Shown: one piece after another, positions 1 to 12,100 of the stretch
How the letters are laid out: each line of letters starts with the position of its first letter
Numbering within the stretch: position 1 is the stretch's first letter
Sequence record: MN091626.1
Length of the DNA stretch: 64,000 bases
Direction: 5' to 3' (one strand)
Position numbers and translations under genes: made by a program
Notes under the pieces: generated by a model
The model's input: only the letters and a program-made list of their open reading frames with translations
Told to the model about the DNA's origin: nothing
The model's database searches: none

Positions 1-2988
1 ATGGCTATAACACAGTATTTCTCTAACGAACAAGAGAAAATAGATTTCCTTAATAATGCTAAAATAGATACTGAAAGCGTTATTAAGATAGGAAGTACTT
101 CATACGATGTCAAAGATAAATGGTTCAATATGGCAACTAAGTTCTTTGAAATTGATACAGAAAATACTCCTATAGATGAAAATGAAGATGAAGATTTAAT
201 TTCATTATTAAAAGCTGGATTATTTGGTTATATTAATGAAATTAATTCACATGAAGTTAAAAACGCTATATATCACAGAAATGTATTATACGATGAATTA
301 TTCTTAAATACAGCTTCTATTCCTATGTCTATATACAATTTTGCTAAGTTGTATAATGTACCTATTCAAATGGCTAAACCTGCTAATTTTAAAGTAGATT
401 TTGTTATTAGAAAAGATGATGTATTAAAATTACCTTCTAAAGAAATTGTATCTACTCAAGAAATAGATAAAAAGAAATCATTAAAAACTTATGAGATAAA
501 ATTATCTAAAGACCAAGATTTTACAATAGGTAGTTTTAAATATTGTTTACCGTATGATGTATCAATGGTATTAAAACAATATCCAATAACTAGAGATGGA
601 AAAGATGCAATAGATTATAAAATTACAGCTAGATATGATATAGATAACGATCTATTTAAATTTTCTTCTATTTTAGATAATAATGTCAAAGTAACTAAGA
701 ATATAATAAATGGTGTAGATTATATGTATTTCTCTTTAGATCTATATCAAATAGAAAGAGTTTCTAAAGAATTTAATATAACTAGCAATGATATCGCTGA
801 AAATATTTATTTCAATGTTGGTTATGAAAATCAATTGTCTGGTTTTAATGTATTCTATGAATACTTAGGTACAAGAACACCTATGGAAACTTATTTTAAT
901 AATACTTTTACTCCAGATACAGATAATCCTTTCTGTTATTATAATTTCAAAGATGATAATTCATTAGAAATTTCATTCTCAAACATGGCTAATTCTTTTA
1001 GACCTAAAGCTAATAGCAAAGTTATTGTAGAAACTTTAACTACTAAAGGTGAGAAAGGCAACTTTAGTTATAATGATAATTTAAATGTAGCGTTAGATTC
1101 TAATAACACATTTGAAAAAGTACCAATAACTATTCTTCCTAAAGGTAATTCAGTTGATGGTCAGAATAGACCGGATGTTTATACTGAAAAAAGAAGAATA
1201 ATTAATAAAGCTATTACTAGAGATAATATTATTACTGACTTTGATATTAAAAACTATTTTAATGATGTTAATGACAATAATAATATTAATAATTCTTTTA
1301 TTAACTTCATTAAAAAACGTAATGATCTTTATACACGTATGTATAATGCTTTCTTATTATTAAGAGATAGTGATAGTAAGGTAATGCCTACAAATACTGC
1401 TCCTTATATAGAACTTCCTAAACAGTATTTTGAGGGAAATACTTCATTAGGTAATGAAGAAGATGGTTATGTAATACCTGAGAACAGTTTATTCAAATAT
1501 GATCAAGATAGTAAAAAATACGTTCACATTGAAAAAGGTTTAGATGATGCTGATGAGAAAGAAAAATTTGAAAAAGATAAAGATTCTTTATATTATGTAA
1601 ATCCTTATTTAATTAAAATTAATAAATATCCTTTCTTATCTACTAACTATTATAAACTTCATGTAAATGAACTATTTACTACTGAATATAAATACATTAA
1701 TGAATTAATACCTAATAACATTACAACTACCGATTTATATGTAGAAAAATTAAATGACTTCAAAAATACTTTGGAATCAGATACATTTAAATTTAGTTTA
1801 GAAATTGGTATGGACAGTTCACTTCAAGAAATGAAAGACTTATTAAAAGTCAGAGCTGTATTATTATCTCAAGAAACTGGTGAAAGATACGGTTACTTTG
1901 AGTTGAATCCAGAAGAAAGTATTGAGTCTGAAAATAATATTATTGATGAGTCAGATTCAACTGTAGATAAATCTTCTTTATATTCAGGAATGATATCTAC
2001 TAATAGATCTTTCCATAATGGTAAATTATCTATAACGGATTCACTTTATAATGATAAAGGTATAGTACAAGATAATGTATTTATAGATGAAAAATTTGTA
2101 GTCAAAGTAGGATTACTATATAAAGATGAAGATATGAGATATTTCAATGATCTTGATATATCTGATGAAATGAATTTCTTTAAAGATGAATTCCCTAGTC
2201 ATAGAGATGATGAAGTTAGAGATTATACATTGGCTTGTTCTATGGAAACTTTTGAAGGAGTATCTATATACAAAGACATGTCACACGTAATGAATAGTAC
2301 AGTATCTATGACTGATGACAGTTGTAAAGTAGAATTAGTTCCTTTATTCTCATTAGGATACTTTATGAATAATTATGAAGAAGTTTATAGCGTATTAGAA
2401 GGATATAAAGAAATATTAGAAGATGCTATACCTAGATTACAAAATAACACTAGTATAGATATGAAGCTTTATAATACTAAAGGACCTTCTAATAATTATT
2501 ATCTAGATACTGAATTAGACGATGATAACTTAAATAATAAATATATCTCTAGAACGGATATATTATTAGATTTAAATATCACTCTATATGCACCTATTAA
2601 TGATTTCTTAGATGGAGAAATTAAACGTTATATTTCTGATTTTGTAGAAGCATGTAATGAAAAAGGTGTATTACCTATATCTAACTTAATTAGATTATTA
2701 GAACAAAATTTCGATATAATCAAGTATATAGTATTTAATGGTATTTCTGGTAAATATGCTGAAAAAGTAGACAACCATTATCAAAAACTACTTAATACTA
2801 ATATAAACTATATGGATCTAAGTAAACAAGAAATTATTGAATATGTTCCTGAATTTATTAATATCAAAAAATCTCTTAAAGATAATAAGGTTGAAGTGAG
2901 TAATGAAGATTCAGAGGATGGAACAACGGTTATTGATTTAGGTTTATCTTACGATGATGTAGTTAATATAACTTATTCAATCTCATAA
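1..2988 (+). CDS. Large virion structural protein, probably baseplate wedge-like (jumbo phage)
   Basis: 995-aa ORF at the start of a structural cluster; beta-rich and acidic; C-terminal ISNLIRLLEQNFDIIKYIVF resembles baseplate-wedge proteins from memory. The start may lie upstream of the window. Confidence 0.5.
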   Translation: MAITQYFSNEQEKIDFLNNAKIDTESVIKIGSTSYDVKDKWFNMATKFFEIDTENTPIDENEDEDLISLLKAGLFGYINEINSHEVKNAIYHRNVLYDELFLNTASIPMSIYNFAKLYNVPIQMAKPANFKVDFVIRKDDVLKLPSKEIVSTQEIDKKKSLKTYEIKLSKDQDFTIGSFKYCLPYDVSMVLKQYPITRDGKDAIDYKITARYDIDNDLFKFSSILDNNVKVTKNIINGVDYMYFSLDLYQIERVSKEFNITSNDIAENIYFNVGYENQLSGFNVFYEYLGTRTPMETYFNNTFTPDTDNPFCYYNFKDDNSLEISFSNMANSFRPKANSKVIVETLTTKGEKGNFSYNDNLNVALDSNNTFEKVPITILPKGNSVDGQNRPDVYTEKRRIINKAITRDNIITDFDIKNYFNDVNDNNNINNSFINFIKKRNDLYTRMYNAFLLLRDSDSKVMPTNTAPYIELPKQYFEGNTSLGNEEDGYVIPENSLFKYDQDSKKYVHIEKGLDDADEKEKFEKDKDSLYYVNPYLIKINKYPFLSTNYYKLHVNELFTTEYKYINELIPNNITTTDLYVEKLNDFKNTLESDTFKFSLEIGMDSSLQEMKDLLKVRAVLLSQETGERYGYFELNPEESIESENNIIDESDSTVDKSSLYSGMISTNRSFHNGKLSITDSLYNDKGIVQDNVFIDEKFVVKVGLLYKDEDMRYFNDLDISDEMNFFKDEFPSHRDDEVRDYTLACSMETFEGVSIYKDMSHVMNSTVSMTDDSCKVELVPLFSLGYFMNNYEEVYSVLEGYKEILEDAIPRLQNNTSIDMKLYNTKGPSNNYYLDTELDDDNLNNKYISRTDILLDLNITLYAPINDFLDGEIKRYISDFVEACNEKGVLPISNLIRLLEQNFDIIKYIVFNGISGKYAEKVDNHYQKLLNTNINYMDLSKQEIIEYVPEFINIKKSLKDNKVEVSNEDSEDGTTVIDLGLSYDDVVNITYSIS

Positions 2989-3026
2989 AAATAAAATTAT
3001 AATATAAAGAAAGAGGTATAAATATA

Positions 3027-4007
3027 ATGGCTAAAACATTTATTTCTGATTACCGCAAAAAACAAGCTGGTTTAAATAGAAAAGCAGCTAATGCTTTAGA
3101 ACAGAAAAAATACACTGATCAAATTAATGAAGAATTAGAAGTTTCAAAAGAGAAAGATTTAATTGCAGGTAGAAATAATAAATTACGTGCAACTAACAAG
3201 AAAGCTATTGATAATGCTAAAAATAAATCAGAAAGAGAATTAAAAGATTTAAATGCACAAACTATCATGACTACTTTATTCTCAGCATTAGTATTTAATA
3301 CTTTCCCTAACAAAATTGCTGACAAATCTAAATTACGTGAGAAAATTGTTTCTAAGAGTAGAATGTTCTTTAACGAAGCAATTAATGCAGAATTAGCTGA
3401 CTATCAAGGTAGTGAAGTATTCTCTAACGCTAAATTTAATGCAGACGTATACACTAAAGATGCTCGTGGAGTTATTGATCCTAAAGACTCTATTAAAGGA
3501 GCTAAAGTAGTATACAAAAAAGGTAGAACTGAATTCGATTACCTAACAAATGTAGTTGCTAAGAAAATTGAATCAGCTGTAATTCGTGAATCTGAATTAG
3601 TTGATGTTCGTGAAAAATTAAACGAAAGCTTAGCAGACACACATAAAAAGAATAATAAAACACTATTCCGTACTTTACATGAATCGGCTATCAATAATAT
3701 TGTAAATGATGAAGCTTACCTTAATGAAGAAGTTTCAGCAGAAGAAGTTAACATGGATGCTTTAGTAGAAGCTACTTTAGATTATACTATTATGGAATTA
3801 ATCCATACAGCTAAATTGAGCACATTCAATATGAGTGAAGTTCAAAAAGCTGTTAAGAATGGTACAATTAAAGTTAATACTAAACAAAATAGTAAAATAA
3901 AACCTGAAAATGGTTCTACTAAACCTTCAGCTGATGGAGTTAAACCTAGAACTATTGAAAATGAAAATAAACCAAAATCAGGTTCTGTTAAATTAAACGA
4001 AGAATAA
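3027..4007 (+). CDS. Hypothetical protein, probably virion structural
   Basis: 326-aa ORF with SD AAGAGG; charged coiled-coil N-terminus; followed by a hairpin terminator. Confidence 0.5.
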   Translation: MAKTFISDYRKKQAGLNRKAANALEQKKYTDQINEELEVSKEKDLIAGRNNKLRATNKKAIDNAKNKSERELKDLNAQTIMTTLFSALVFNTFPNKIADKSKLREKIVSKSRMFFNEAINAELADYQGSEVFSNAKFNADVYTKDARGVIDPKDSIKGAKVVYKKGRTEFDYLTNVVAKKIESAVIRESELVDVREKLNESLADTHKKNNKTLFRTLHESAINNIVNDEAYLNEEVSAEEVNMDALVEATLDYTIMELIHTAKLSTFNMSEVQKAVKNGTIKVNTKQNSKIKPENGSTKPSADGVKPRTIENENKPKSGSVKLNEE

Positions 4008-4025
4008 AAAAAAAATAATATAATC

Positions 4026-4055
4026 CCCCTAATACTAAATTAATAGTATTAGGGG
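4026..4055. terminator. Bidirectional rho-independent terminator between convergent genes
   Basis: Perfect 12-bp stem CCCCTAATACTA/TAGTATTAGGGG flanked by A- and T-rich tracts. Confidence 0.8.
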
Positions 4056-4062
4056 AATATTT

Positions 4063-5817
4063 TTAAAAGTCATCAAATATTTGACCTGGTTCAAATGTTT
4101 TATCTTCTTGTGAAGGTGATTGAGCTAATGCACTTGATTTAAATTGATTAGCTATAGTTGACATTTTATTTTTAGCACGTTCAGAATCCATAGTATTTTC
4201 TAAATTAGAACCAATTGATTCTACACCTTTAATTTCAGGTGTTCCTTCATCAACAGCAAGTTTAAATGAATTGTCAAATGGTTGAGCAAAGTATTCAATT
4301 CTATCTTCACCCATTTTACCACGACTAGCAATTAGTTTAAATGATAAATGATCGTCTTGAGATTCATCTCTAGCATTTTCTCTATTTATAATCATACCAT
4401 AGTCTAAGTTTTCTAATATCATTGCTGATTCTGCAATTTGACTTCTATCTAATTGCTTAGCAATATCTGTTTTATTTTCAGATAAAGCTTTTTCTACATT
4501 TCTATATGCTTCTCTGTTTAATTGTGCTGCTGTTACTAACGGTATTTCTTTCTCTTTAGCAAATACTGTAAATTCGTTAGTGATTTCACCAAGTCTAATA
4601 CGTAAATCTTCAATATGATCTGAAGCTCTAATACGTTTTAAATAGTCTTGTACCATCATAATCATTTGATATCCTTGATCTGCTAAATTCTCATATACTT
4701 CATACAAGTAGTCAGTTGATACTTCATTATTTTTCTTATATTCAACAACTAAACTAATTCCTGTTTTCTCATAAGTATATTTAATTAATTCATTTACACA
4801 TTCTTGAGGTGTTTGATCTGACTCACTCATAGAATATCCAGTAATATATTCATACATACGATCTAATGATTCACTCATAGAGTTTTCCATAGTTAAATAA
4901 TAAACTACTGGTTTTTTATTAGGATCTAATGATTGTATGTCACTTGCTTTATTAGCTAGTGTAACTGACATTAACATATTTAATAATGTACCTGATTTAA
5001 ATGATTTTGGTGTCCCGAAGAATGAATAAACACGACCATTCTCGAAACCTCCATTAATCATTTTATTCAACATCTTATAACCAGTTTTTAATTTATTAGA
5101 TGGATTACGTAATTTTTCAATAGAATCTGCCATTACTTCTACAGCATTATCTACTTCTAAAAAGTTAATAAAGCTATTTTTAGCACTTCCCGCTCCATTA
5201 GAAGTTCTTTTAATAACTTTAGTAACATCTGATATTGGTTCTAAAACTTGTTTAAGTAAATCAGTTGGATTTAATCTATCCATAGTAATTTGATCATAAA
5301 TATATTTAAATACATCTGCTTTTTGATAAAGTTCTAAAGTAGCAAATCTTTCTTTAATATAAGTATTAATTTGATCAATTTCTCTATCTGACAATTGTTC
5401 TATTTCATTTTTATAATAGTTATCAATTGTTTTAAGAGTTTCATATAAATGACTTTCTGACATTTGATTTTTAAATTTATCGATTAAATGTTCAATTAAT
5501 ATTTCTGGTGATTCAATAGATTCTTCAATTCTTATTTTAACTAATTCTTTAAGAACTTTAATTGTATCTTTTTGATGTTGCTGCCCTTCATCATATACAT
5601 ACTCTTCATTAATGTTCTCTAAAAATTTATTTAACCTTTTTAAATTAGTTGCATTAATTAATCTATTTTCTGTAATAGTATATTTAACAATTTGTATTAA
5701 TGTATTATAAGGTATACTTATATTAGCGTAATTTATAAGTTGATTATTTTCATTAATGTAAAAACTTTCGTTGTTTTTTCCTTTTGAATTGTCTAAAAAT
5801 GCCATAATGTCAAACAC
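4063..5817 (-). CDS. dnaB: DnaB-like (SF4) replicative helicase, jumbo-phage type
   Basis: GGFENGRVYSFFGTPKSFKS (Walker A variant), YLTMEN, VQDYLKRI (Walker B), TAAQLNR (motif H3), ESAMILENLD. Confidence 0.85.
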   Translation of the reverse strand: MFDIMAFLDNSKGKNNESFYINENNQLINYANISIPYNTLIQIVKYTITENRLINATNLKRLNKFLENINEEYVYDEGQQHQKDTIKVLKELVKIRIEESIESPEILIEHLIDKFKNQMSESHLYETLKTIDNYYKNEIEQLSDREIDQINTYIKERFATLELYQKADVFKYIYDQITMDRLNPTDLLKQVLEPISDVTKVIKRTSNGAGSAKNSFINFLEVDNAVEVMADSIEKLRNPSNKLKTGYKMLNKMINGGFENGRVYSFFGTPKSFKSGTLLNMLMSVTLANKASDIQSLDPNKKPVVYYLTMENSMSESLDRMYEYITGYSMSESDQTPQECVNELIKYTYEKTGISLVVEYKKNNEVSTDYLYEVYENLADQGYQMIMMVQDYLKRIRASDHIEDLRIRLGEITNEFTVFAKEKEIPLVTAAQLNREAYRNVEKALSENKTDIAKQLDRSQIAESAMILENLDYGMIINRENARDESQDDHLSFKLIASRGKMGEDRIEYFAQPFDNSFKLAVDEGTPEIKGVESIGSNLENTMDSERAKNKMSTIANQFKSSALAQSPSQEDKTFEPGQIFDDF

Positions 5818-5829
5818 TCTCCGTTACTA

Positions 5830-6981
5830 TTATTTTTCTTTTGTTAAGTTGATCAAGTCTTCAAAATCTGGATTAATAATATTTTTAACTTCTTTCAAAT
5901 CTAATTCTTTATCATGTTTTATAGAATTAAATTTAACAATTGTTTCAGGTGTATCAAGTTCATCATCTAATATGAATTGATACTTTTCATCTACTTTTAC
6001 TTCCTTGATATTTTTGTTGTTAAATTGAACTTTGATATTTTTATCAGAACTTGAAATTTGCTTAATTATATCAACGTCATCCTTAGAACTAGAAACAAAT
6101 CTTACATAATCATTTTCTTGACGTAACTCATTGATTATTTCTAGTTTCTTTTGGTCTGTTAGCTCCTCATATTGATCCATATTTATAGTAACGTAAGTTG
6201 GTGCGTCTTCATTTTCAATTAATTCTACATTGTAATTGTCTGTATCAAGATCATTAGTTACAACTAAAAATCCTTTATCTTCAGTATCTTTAAATGAATA
6301 TCTTGAATATGAACCAGTGTAATATACTTTATCTTTATATTCGTGATAATCATGAATATGACCATATACAGAAACGCCTTTAGTAACTCTCATTAATTCT
6401 TTTGCTTCTAATATTGGAGCTGACTTAACAGGATTTTCTGAATCATCTTCATCCGGTACAAATGTAACAAAATCAATCATTCCATGACCAAATATATTAT
6501 CATACGTATTGTCCTCAACTGAATATAGTAACTCATTATAAAATTCTTTCTTGTCATCTGGATATTCTTCAGGTATATATAATACATTAACTTCTTTACC
6601 ATTATGCTTAATTAACTCTGATTCTAATGAATTAATAATTTTAAAATTATCATACTCTAATTCGTTTTGGTTAAATACATCAAGTTGATTAAAATCATGT
6701 GTTTTAGTTCCTTTAATCAATCTGAGTAAGAAATTTTTATCTTTAGATAATTCAAACATTGTATCCATGAATTCTAGAACTTCTTTACCAGCAGGTTCAT
6801 TAAATCTAATAACTCTATCAAATAAATCACCTGAAATAACTACCATATCAATATCATCATTATCTTTGATGTATTTTAAAAAATATTTATCTAATTCTTC
6901 TGATAATTTCTTAGGATTCTTTTTACCATAGTGTATATCAGCTATTACAACTGTTTTAAATTCATTACTCATTTTTATCAT
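5830..6981 (-). CDS. sbcD: SbcD/Mre11-like metallophosphoesterase DNA nuclease
   Basis: IADIHYG, GDLFDR, GTKTHD, GHIHD and YTGS motifs in canonical order. Confidence 0.88.
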   Translation of the reverse strand: MIKMSNEFKTVVIADIHYGKKNPKKLSEELDKYFLKYIKDNDDIDMVVISGDLFDRVIRFNEPAGKEVLEFMDTMFELSKDKNFLLRLIKGTKTHDFNQLDVFNQNELEYDNFKIINSLESELIKHNGKEVNVLYIPEEYPDDKKEFYNELLYSVEDNTYDNIFGHGMIDFVTFVPDEDDSENPVKSAPILEAKELMRVTKGVSVYGHIHDYHEYKDKVYYTGSYSRYSFKDTEDKGFLVVTNDLDTDNYNVELIENEDAPTYVTINMDQYEELTDQKKLEIINELRQENDYVRFVSSSKDDVDIIKQISSSDKNIKVQFNNKNIKEVKVDEKYQFILDDELDTPETIVKFNSIKHDKELDLKEVKNIINPDFEDLINLTKEK

Positions 6982-7348
6982 CCTTTGCTAAAAAGTCTAT
7001 CATCTTCATAAGTGTTTCTTTTACATATTCTAAACTTTTGTAAGTTGCTCTATCGTCTTTCATCATTAGATTGTTGAAATATATTTCTGGAGACAAATCA
7101 TCTATTAAGTGACAACAATCAAAACCAATTATTCCATTATTATCATACGTAATTCCACCATGAGAATAATATTCAACATCTTTATCATAATTATCTCCAA
7201 CTTCAATATAGCCATTTAAAAATCCTAAATCATGTCTGACTATAAATGCTTTATAACCTTTATATTCAAATTCATACTTATTCTTTCTAACTCCAAGTAT
7301 TTTATCTTCTTTTTCTATAATATGTTTAAGTGTATCAGCATCAATCAT
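6965..7348 (-). CDS. Conserved phage hypothetical protein
   Basis: GFLNGY, HGGITY and IGFDCCH motifs typical of a widespread phage family of unknown function. Confidence 0.6.
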   Translation of the reverse strand: MIDADTLKHIIEKEDKILGVRKNKYEFEYKGYKAFIVRHDLGFLNGYIEVGDNYDKDVEYYSHGGITYDNNGIIGFDCCHLIDDLSPEIYFNNLMMKDDRATYKSLEYVKETLMKMIDFLAKDDKNE

Positions 7349-7353
7349 TTTGT

Positions 7354-7842
7354 TTATTCATCTCCATTATCTCGATTATCTATTTCCATTAATAGTTGCA
7401 TTTTTCTATCAAATTCACCAGATTCAATATTTTCTTTAATAGTTTCTTTTAATTTACTGTCAATATTTTCTCTATTAGTTTTAATGAATTCAAATACTGC
7501 TTTAGCTAATTCATCATCCATACTAATTAAATTAGCTTCATTATTTTCATCAAAATCTAAGTAAGCAAAAGCTGTAGTTCCAAAACATGGTAATCCACCA
7601 AACATCATGAAATTAATATCTTCTGTTGTAAATCTGTCTTCTACTTTTCCAAAATAAGTAAATGAAACTACTGAATGCATTGGTGCTGGCATTACATCCA
7701 TTGTTATATTCTCTACTGGTATATCCAATTCTTCAGCCATAACCTCATACATATTTTCTTCTTCAAATTGGATTTTCTTTCTAGTATAATTATCCTCATT
7801 AGGTTTAATAAAAACAAAATTAATTTCCACTATCCATTTCAT
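7354..7842 (-). CDS. Hypothetical acidic protein
   Basis: 162-aa ORF with AGGAGATGA SD; the true start is probably the GTG a few codons downstream. Confidence 0.55.
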   Translation of the reverse strand: MKWIVEINFVFIKPNEDNYTRKKIQFEEENMYEVMAEELDIPVENITMDVMPAPMHSVVSFTYFGKVEDRFTTEDINFMMFGGLPCFGTTAFAYLDFDENNEANLISMDDELAKAVFEFIKTNRENIDSKLKETIKENIESGEFDRKMQLLMEIDNRDNGDE

Positions 7843-8166
7843 CTCCTGTATATTAGTATTTTATTATATTTATATATTAATTCACATTTCAAAATTTCTT
7901 AACCAAAATTTTTTAAAATTCACACATAATAATATAATATTAGGGGTTAGGGGTTAAGAATTAAAAATATATAAATATTAATAATTACTTTAATATAATA
8001 TATATTTAATATATAAATTCATTTTTAATAAATATATTTATTAAAAATAATATTAATAAAAAATTAATTAATAAATATTAATGAAATTTATACATGTATA
8101 AGAAAATAATGAAAACTAATAAAAAATGACTATAACAATTAAATATTAAAATAAAAGACAGAAAAG

Positions 8167-9075
8167 GTGAAAATATTGAAAACTTATGGTTTAAATGAAT
8201 CAGAATTATATAGACAATTAAACTTAGATGTAAATAGATTTACTAAACAAATTAAATCAGAACATTTAATGGGTCAAGATCAATTAGCAGATACATTTAG
8301 TATTATTAAAAACCGTATAAACCAAGCTTCTAAAAACGAAGTAATAGATAAATTAGAGAATGGAGATATTCTTCTACTTAATTCAAAAGAAGTTAAATTA
8401 CCTAACTTTATGCCAGTATTAAACATTCAAGGTAATAAAGCTTTAGTAAATATCACTCCTTATATCAAATCTAATATGAGTATTAATCCAAATTCATTAT
8501 TTGGTTTAGCTCAAGCAGGTTTAATTAATATTAAAGTTAAGAAAGATGCTAATAAAATTAGAAACAACGCTAAATTATTAATTTATTCTAGTCAGATTTA
8601 TTCTAAATTAACTACTAAAGTAATGGACAAACTTTATGCAACTAATATTAATAAAAAAGATTCTGACTTAATTTCATACATGTTTGCAAAGTTCTTTTTA
8701 GTTAGTATTATCGGTAGAACTAATGATGATTCAACGGAACAGATTGCATATAAATCATGTCACAATAGAACAGATTTTGAAGTTATTAAAGATATGGAAA
8801 ATAAATTCGATGGTCAAGCATCAATGTTAAACCTATTCAGTTTATTTAAAGAATTTAAAAAACATCCTAACTTTAATAAATTTTCATCAAGATCATTCAT
8901 TGAGAACTTTACTAAAATGTACGGAGAAACTTCAATATTAGCTATTGATCATTTACCTTCATTCTTTACTATGATCTTTTCAGCTTATGTAAATGCAGGA
9001 ATTAATAAAGAATTTATCATTCTTAATGCAATTAATGATAAAATTATTATCAACTGTTATAGAAGTTTCTTTTAA
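8167..9075 (+). CDS. Hypothetical protein, probably virion-associated
   Basis: 302-aa ORF heading the tail cluster; preceded by an AACA-N6-TA motif at 8134-8145. Confidence 0.5.
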   Translation: MKILKTYGLNESELYRQLNLDVNRFTKQIKSEHLMGQDQLADTFSIIKNRINQASKNEVIDKLENGDILLLNSKEVKLPNFMPVLNIQGNKALVNITPYIKSNMSINPNSLFGLAQAGLINIKVKKDANKIRNNAKLLIYSSQIYSKLTTKVMDKLYATNINKKDSDLISYMFAKFFLVSIIGRTNDDSTEQIAYKSCHNRTDFEVIKDMENKFDGQASMLNLFSLFKEFKKHPNFNKFSSRSFIENFTKMYGETSILAIDHLPSFFTMIFSAYVNAGINKEFIILNAINDKIIINCYRSFF

Positions 9076-9082
9076 TTAATTA

Positions 9083-9119
9083 GAGTCAATCAACTTAATC
9101 AATAACAGTTGATTGACTC
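9083..9119 (+). terminator. Intergenic hairpin (terminator-like)
   Basis: Perfect 13-bp stem GAGTCAATCAACT/AGTTGATTGACTC. Confidence 0.6.
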
Positions 9120-9151
9120 ATATTTATGAAAGAAAGGAGAACTGAAGTAAT

Positions 9152-12100
9152 TTGAGTATTAAATTAAATAATGAACTGTATTATAATCTCAGAGATAAAA
9201 CTAGACTAAGTAAAGTAGAAAATACTCAAGAATTAGCTACTGGTAGTTTCTACACATTTTATAATGATTTACTTTTAGAGATTAGATACGATAATAAAAT
9301 ATATGTATATACAGGATATTCAACTCAAGGAGAACATGTATTAGAGTTAAGTTTTCTTAAAGAAGAATTAGACAATGATACTATAGAAGATGTATTTATG
9401 TACGATAACATACTTGTAATAATTAGTGAAAAGGGTTATTACAGATGTTTTATGGATCAATTAACAGAAAATGTTAATAACACTTCAGCTGAAGTTGTTT
9501 ACAGTTATAATTTCTATAGATCAAGTGAAGAATTAAATTATAGACCTTATTCTTTAATAGATGATATGATTTGTATTAAAGAAGCTAATGATACTTTAGT
9601 AATTAGAAGTATTAAAACAGATGCTTACACTAAAACAATTGTATTTAATAAGAATATTGAAGGTTTTAGTTTCTTATATGAAAATGGTTTAGCTATCAGC
9701 TTTTATGGAGAACCTTATCATATTCATGTGTATGACTTTAAAGAAGAAAAATACACTCAAGATTTTACCATTAATGAGAATATCAATCAATATGAATATG
9801 ATATACAACATCAAATAACTAGAATATTTAAATTTAAAAATTCTTTATACTATGCTACTCGTTCAGGTAGAATATATAGAAGTGATATTAAAGATAAATT
9901 AATAAGCTCAATGTCATATAGATTCTATCAATCAGGTTCATCTATTGATTATATTAAATCTTATGATAATTATATCACTTTCTCTAATAGAAGTAATAAT
10001 ATACTAATTTATAATACTGATTATGATAGAAAAGAAATTCTTAAAAATGATTATTTAGTTAAATCATTAGCTATAAGTAATTTTATTATGGTAGTTTCTT
10101 TATATGATAGTATTGATGAAGATTATAAGAAACGTATTATAGAAAGTGGAGTTATTCCTGAAGATGTTAATTTAAACCCAGTTCATAAATATGTAATGTA
10201 TAATCCGCCTAGTATAGAAGTTTTAAAAGAGAAATTAGAATATAGATTTGATAAACCTGAAGATCCATTGGTATATATTAACCTTAATATTAAATTAGCT
10301 GAAAATAAATTAAATAATTTCGATAGAAGTCAATATCGTGTTAAATTTAATATTAGTCATTCAGATAACTCTAATGTAGTTGAAGAATCTGACGTTAAAA
10401 TATATAAACAGCAAGGTACAGTTAAAAATATGTACATTAAAATTGGTAGAAAATCTCAATGGGTTGATAATAATAAATTACTCTCTTTATTAGAAAATGG
10501 AGAATTATTATACAGATTCACTATAGATAATATAGATAACTATGTAACTTTCTATAATATCAATTATCCTAATATAGGAAGCGATTTTTATAGACATTTA
10601 ACTGATACTGAAGTATTTCCCGATAGATCTCCTGAGAAGAGTCACTATGATGCTTTATCAGAAGAATTAAATATTAAAGATATATTTAAAGGCGCTGAAG
10701 ATGAAAAAGTTATTTCATTATTATCCAATTTAGTAAATGAGAAAGTTATATACCCTTCATCTAACTTACGTATTGATTCTGAAGATATGTATTTAGATTA
10801 TCCAGATTATGATCCAAGAAGATATATTGATTTAAGTAACGAATATCCTAATGGGCAATTAGATACCAATGTAATTAATTCAGATGTATATTTTGATGGT
10901 CTTAAAATATTTAAAAATGATATTCTTCAGAAAGACAATTTTGATGGTTCAGTTAACGTTTATTTAAATCATTTAGCTATGAAAAAATATATGAATGATA
11001 AGAATTATGAATATACTATTCATGATAGAAAATTATCTAAACATGATAATTTCATTATATCAAATAAATCTAGAAGCTTATATCAAACAGAAAAATTAAT
11101 GGTTAAACATACAGTTACTAATGATTATGAAAACCAAACATCATTACTACCAACTAAAGGTATTTTATTACCTAACACTAGAGTTAATCAATTTAAGATT
11201 CAAAATATTAGAGTATACGTTAAAGTATACAATACTAATGAAAATGGTAATGAATATTATCATAGATTAAATCCAAGAAACTTTAATCTTTGGATTGATA
11301 AAGAATATAATATGCTTAGAGTTGCTGTATATGGTATACAAATTCCAGAAGGTTCTACATTAATGATTATGGATAACGGTCTTACTAATAATGTCATTTT
11401 ATATGATAAACTTAATTACATTAAGCGTGATATTGATAGTTTACCTATAGTTGAAGTTGGACCTAATGGAGAATTATTAACGGAATTAAATCGAAGAACT
11501 GAAGATGTTGAAGTTATTGTAGACGGATTAACTTTAATACCTGGTAGGGATTTCCATGTAATGAACACACCTAATGATCCAGATATTCCTTCTTTAGTTG
11601 CTTTCAGAAATGTTATTCCTAATACATCTAAAGTAGAAATTACATTATTAAATGAAAATTCATCTGACGTATATTACTTTAAACGTCCTGCAGTTGACAC
11701 AACTAATGTATTTGTATTACCAGATGATAAGAGAATATTTACTAATAATATATATCAAAATGATCCATATAAAGATATTAACTTATTAAAAAATTCTGAT
11801 GAAGATGTTATAACTAAAGAAAATGTAGTTAAAGAATACGAATTGCTTGAACCATTAGAGAAAAATGTAGATTATACATTAACTATGAGAGGTCAATTAC
11901 CTATTGATATTGATCATCTTAATATAACTTCTAATGGAACTACTAAATCTATTGCCGAAATTCAATCAAATTCTTATGATGAAGATACTAAAACTTATCA
12001 AGTTAAATTTAAACTAGAAGACTTAGGAGAAGGTTATAATACTGGTTTAGTTATTAGAAAAACTCAAGAAAGTACTAGAGATGTTAAAATTGATTGGATT

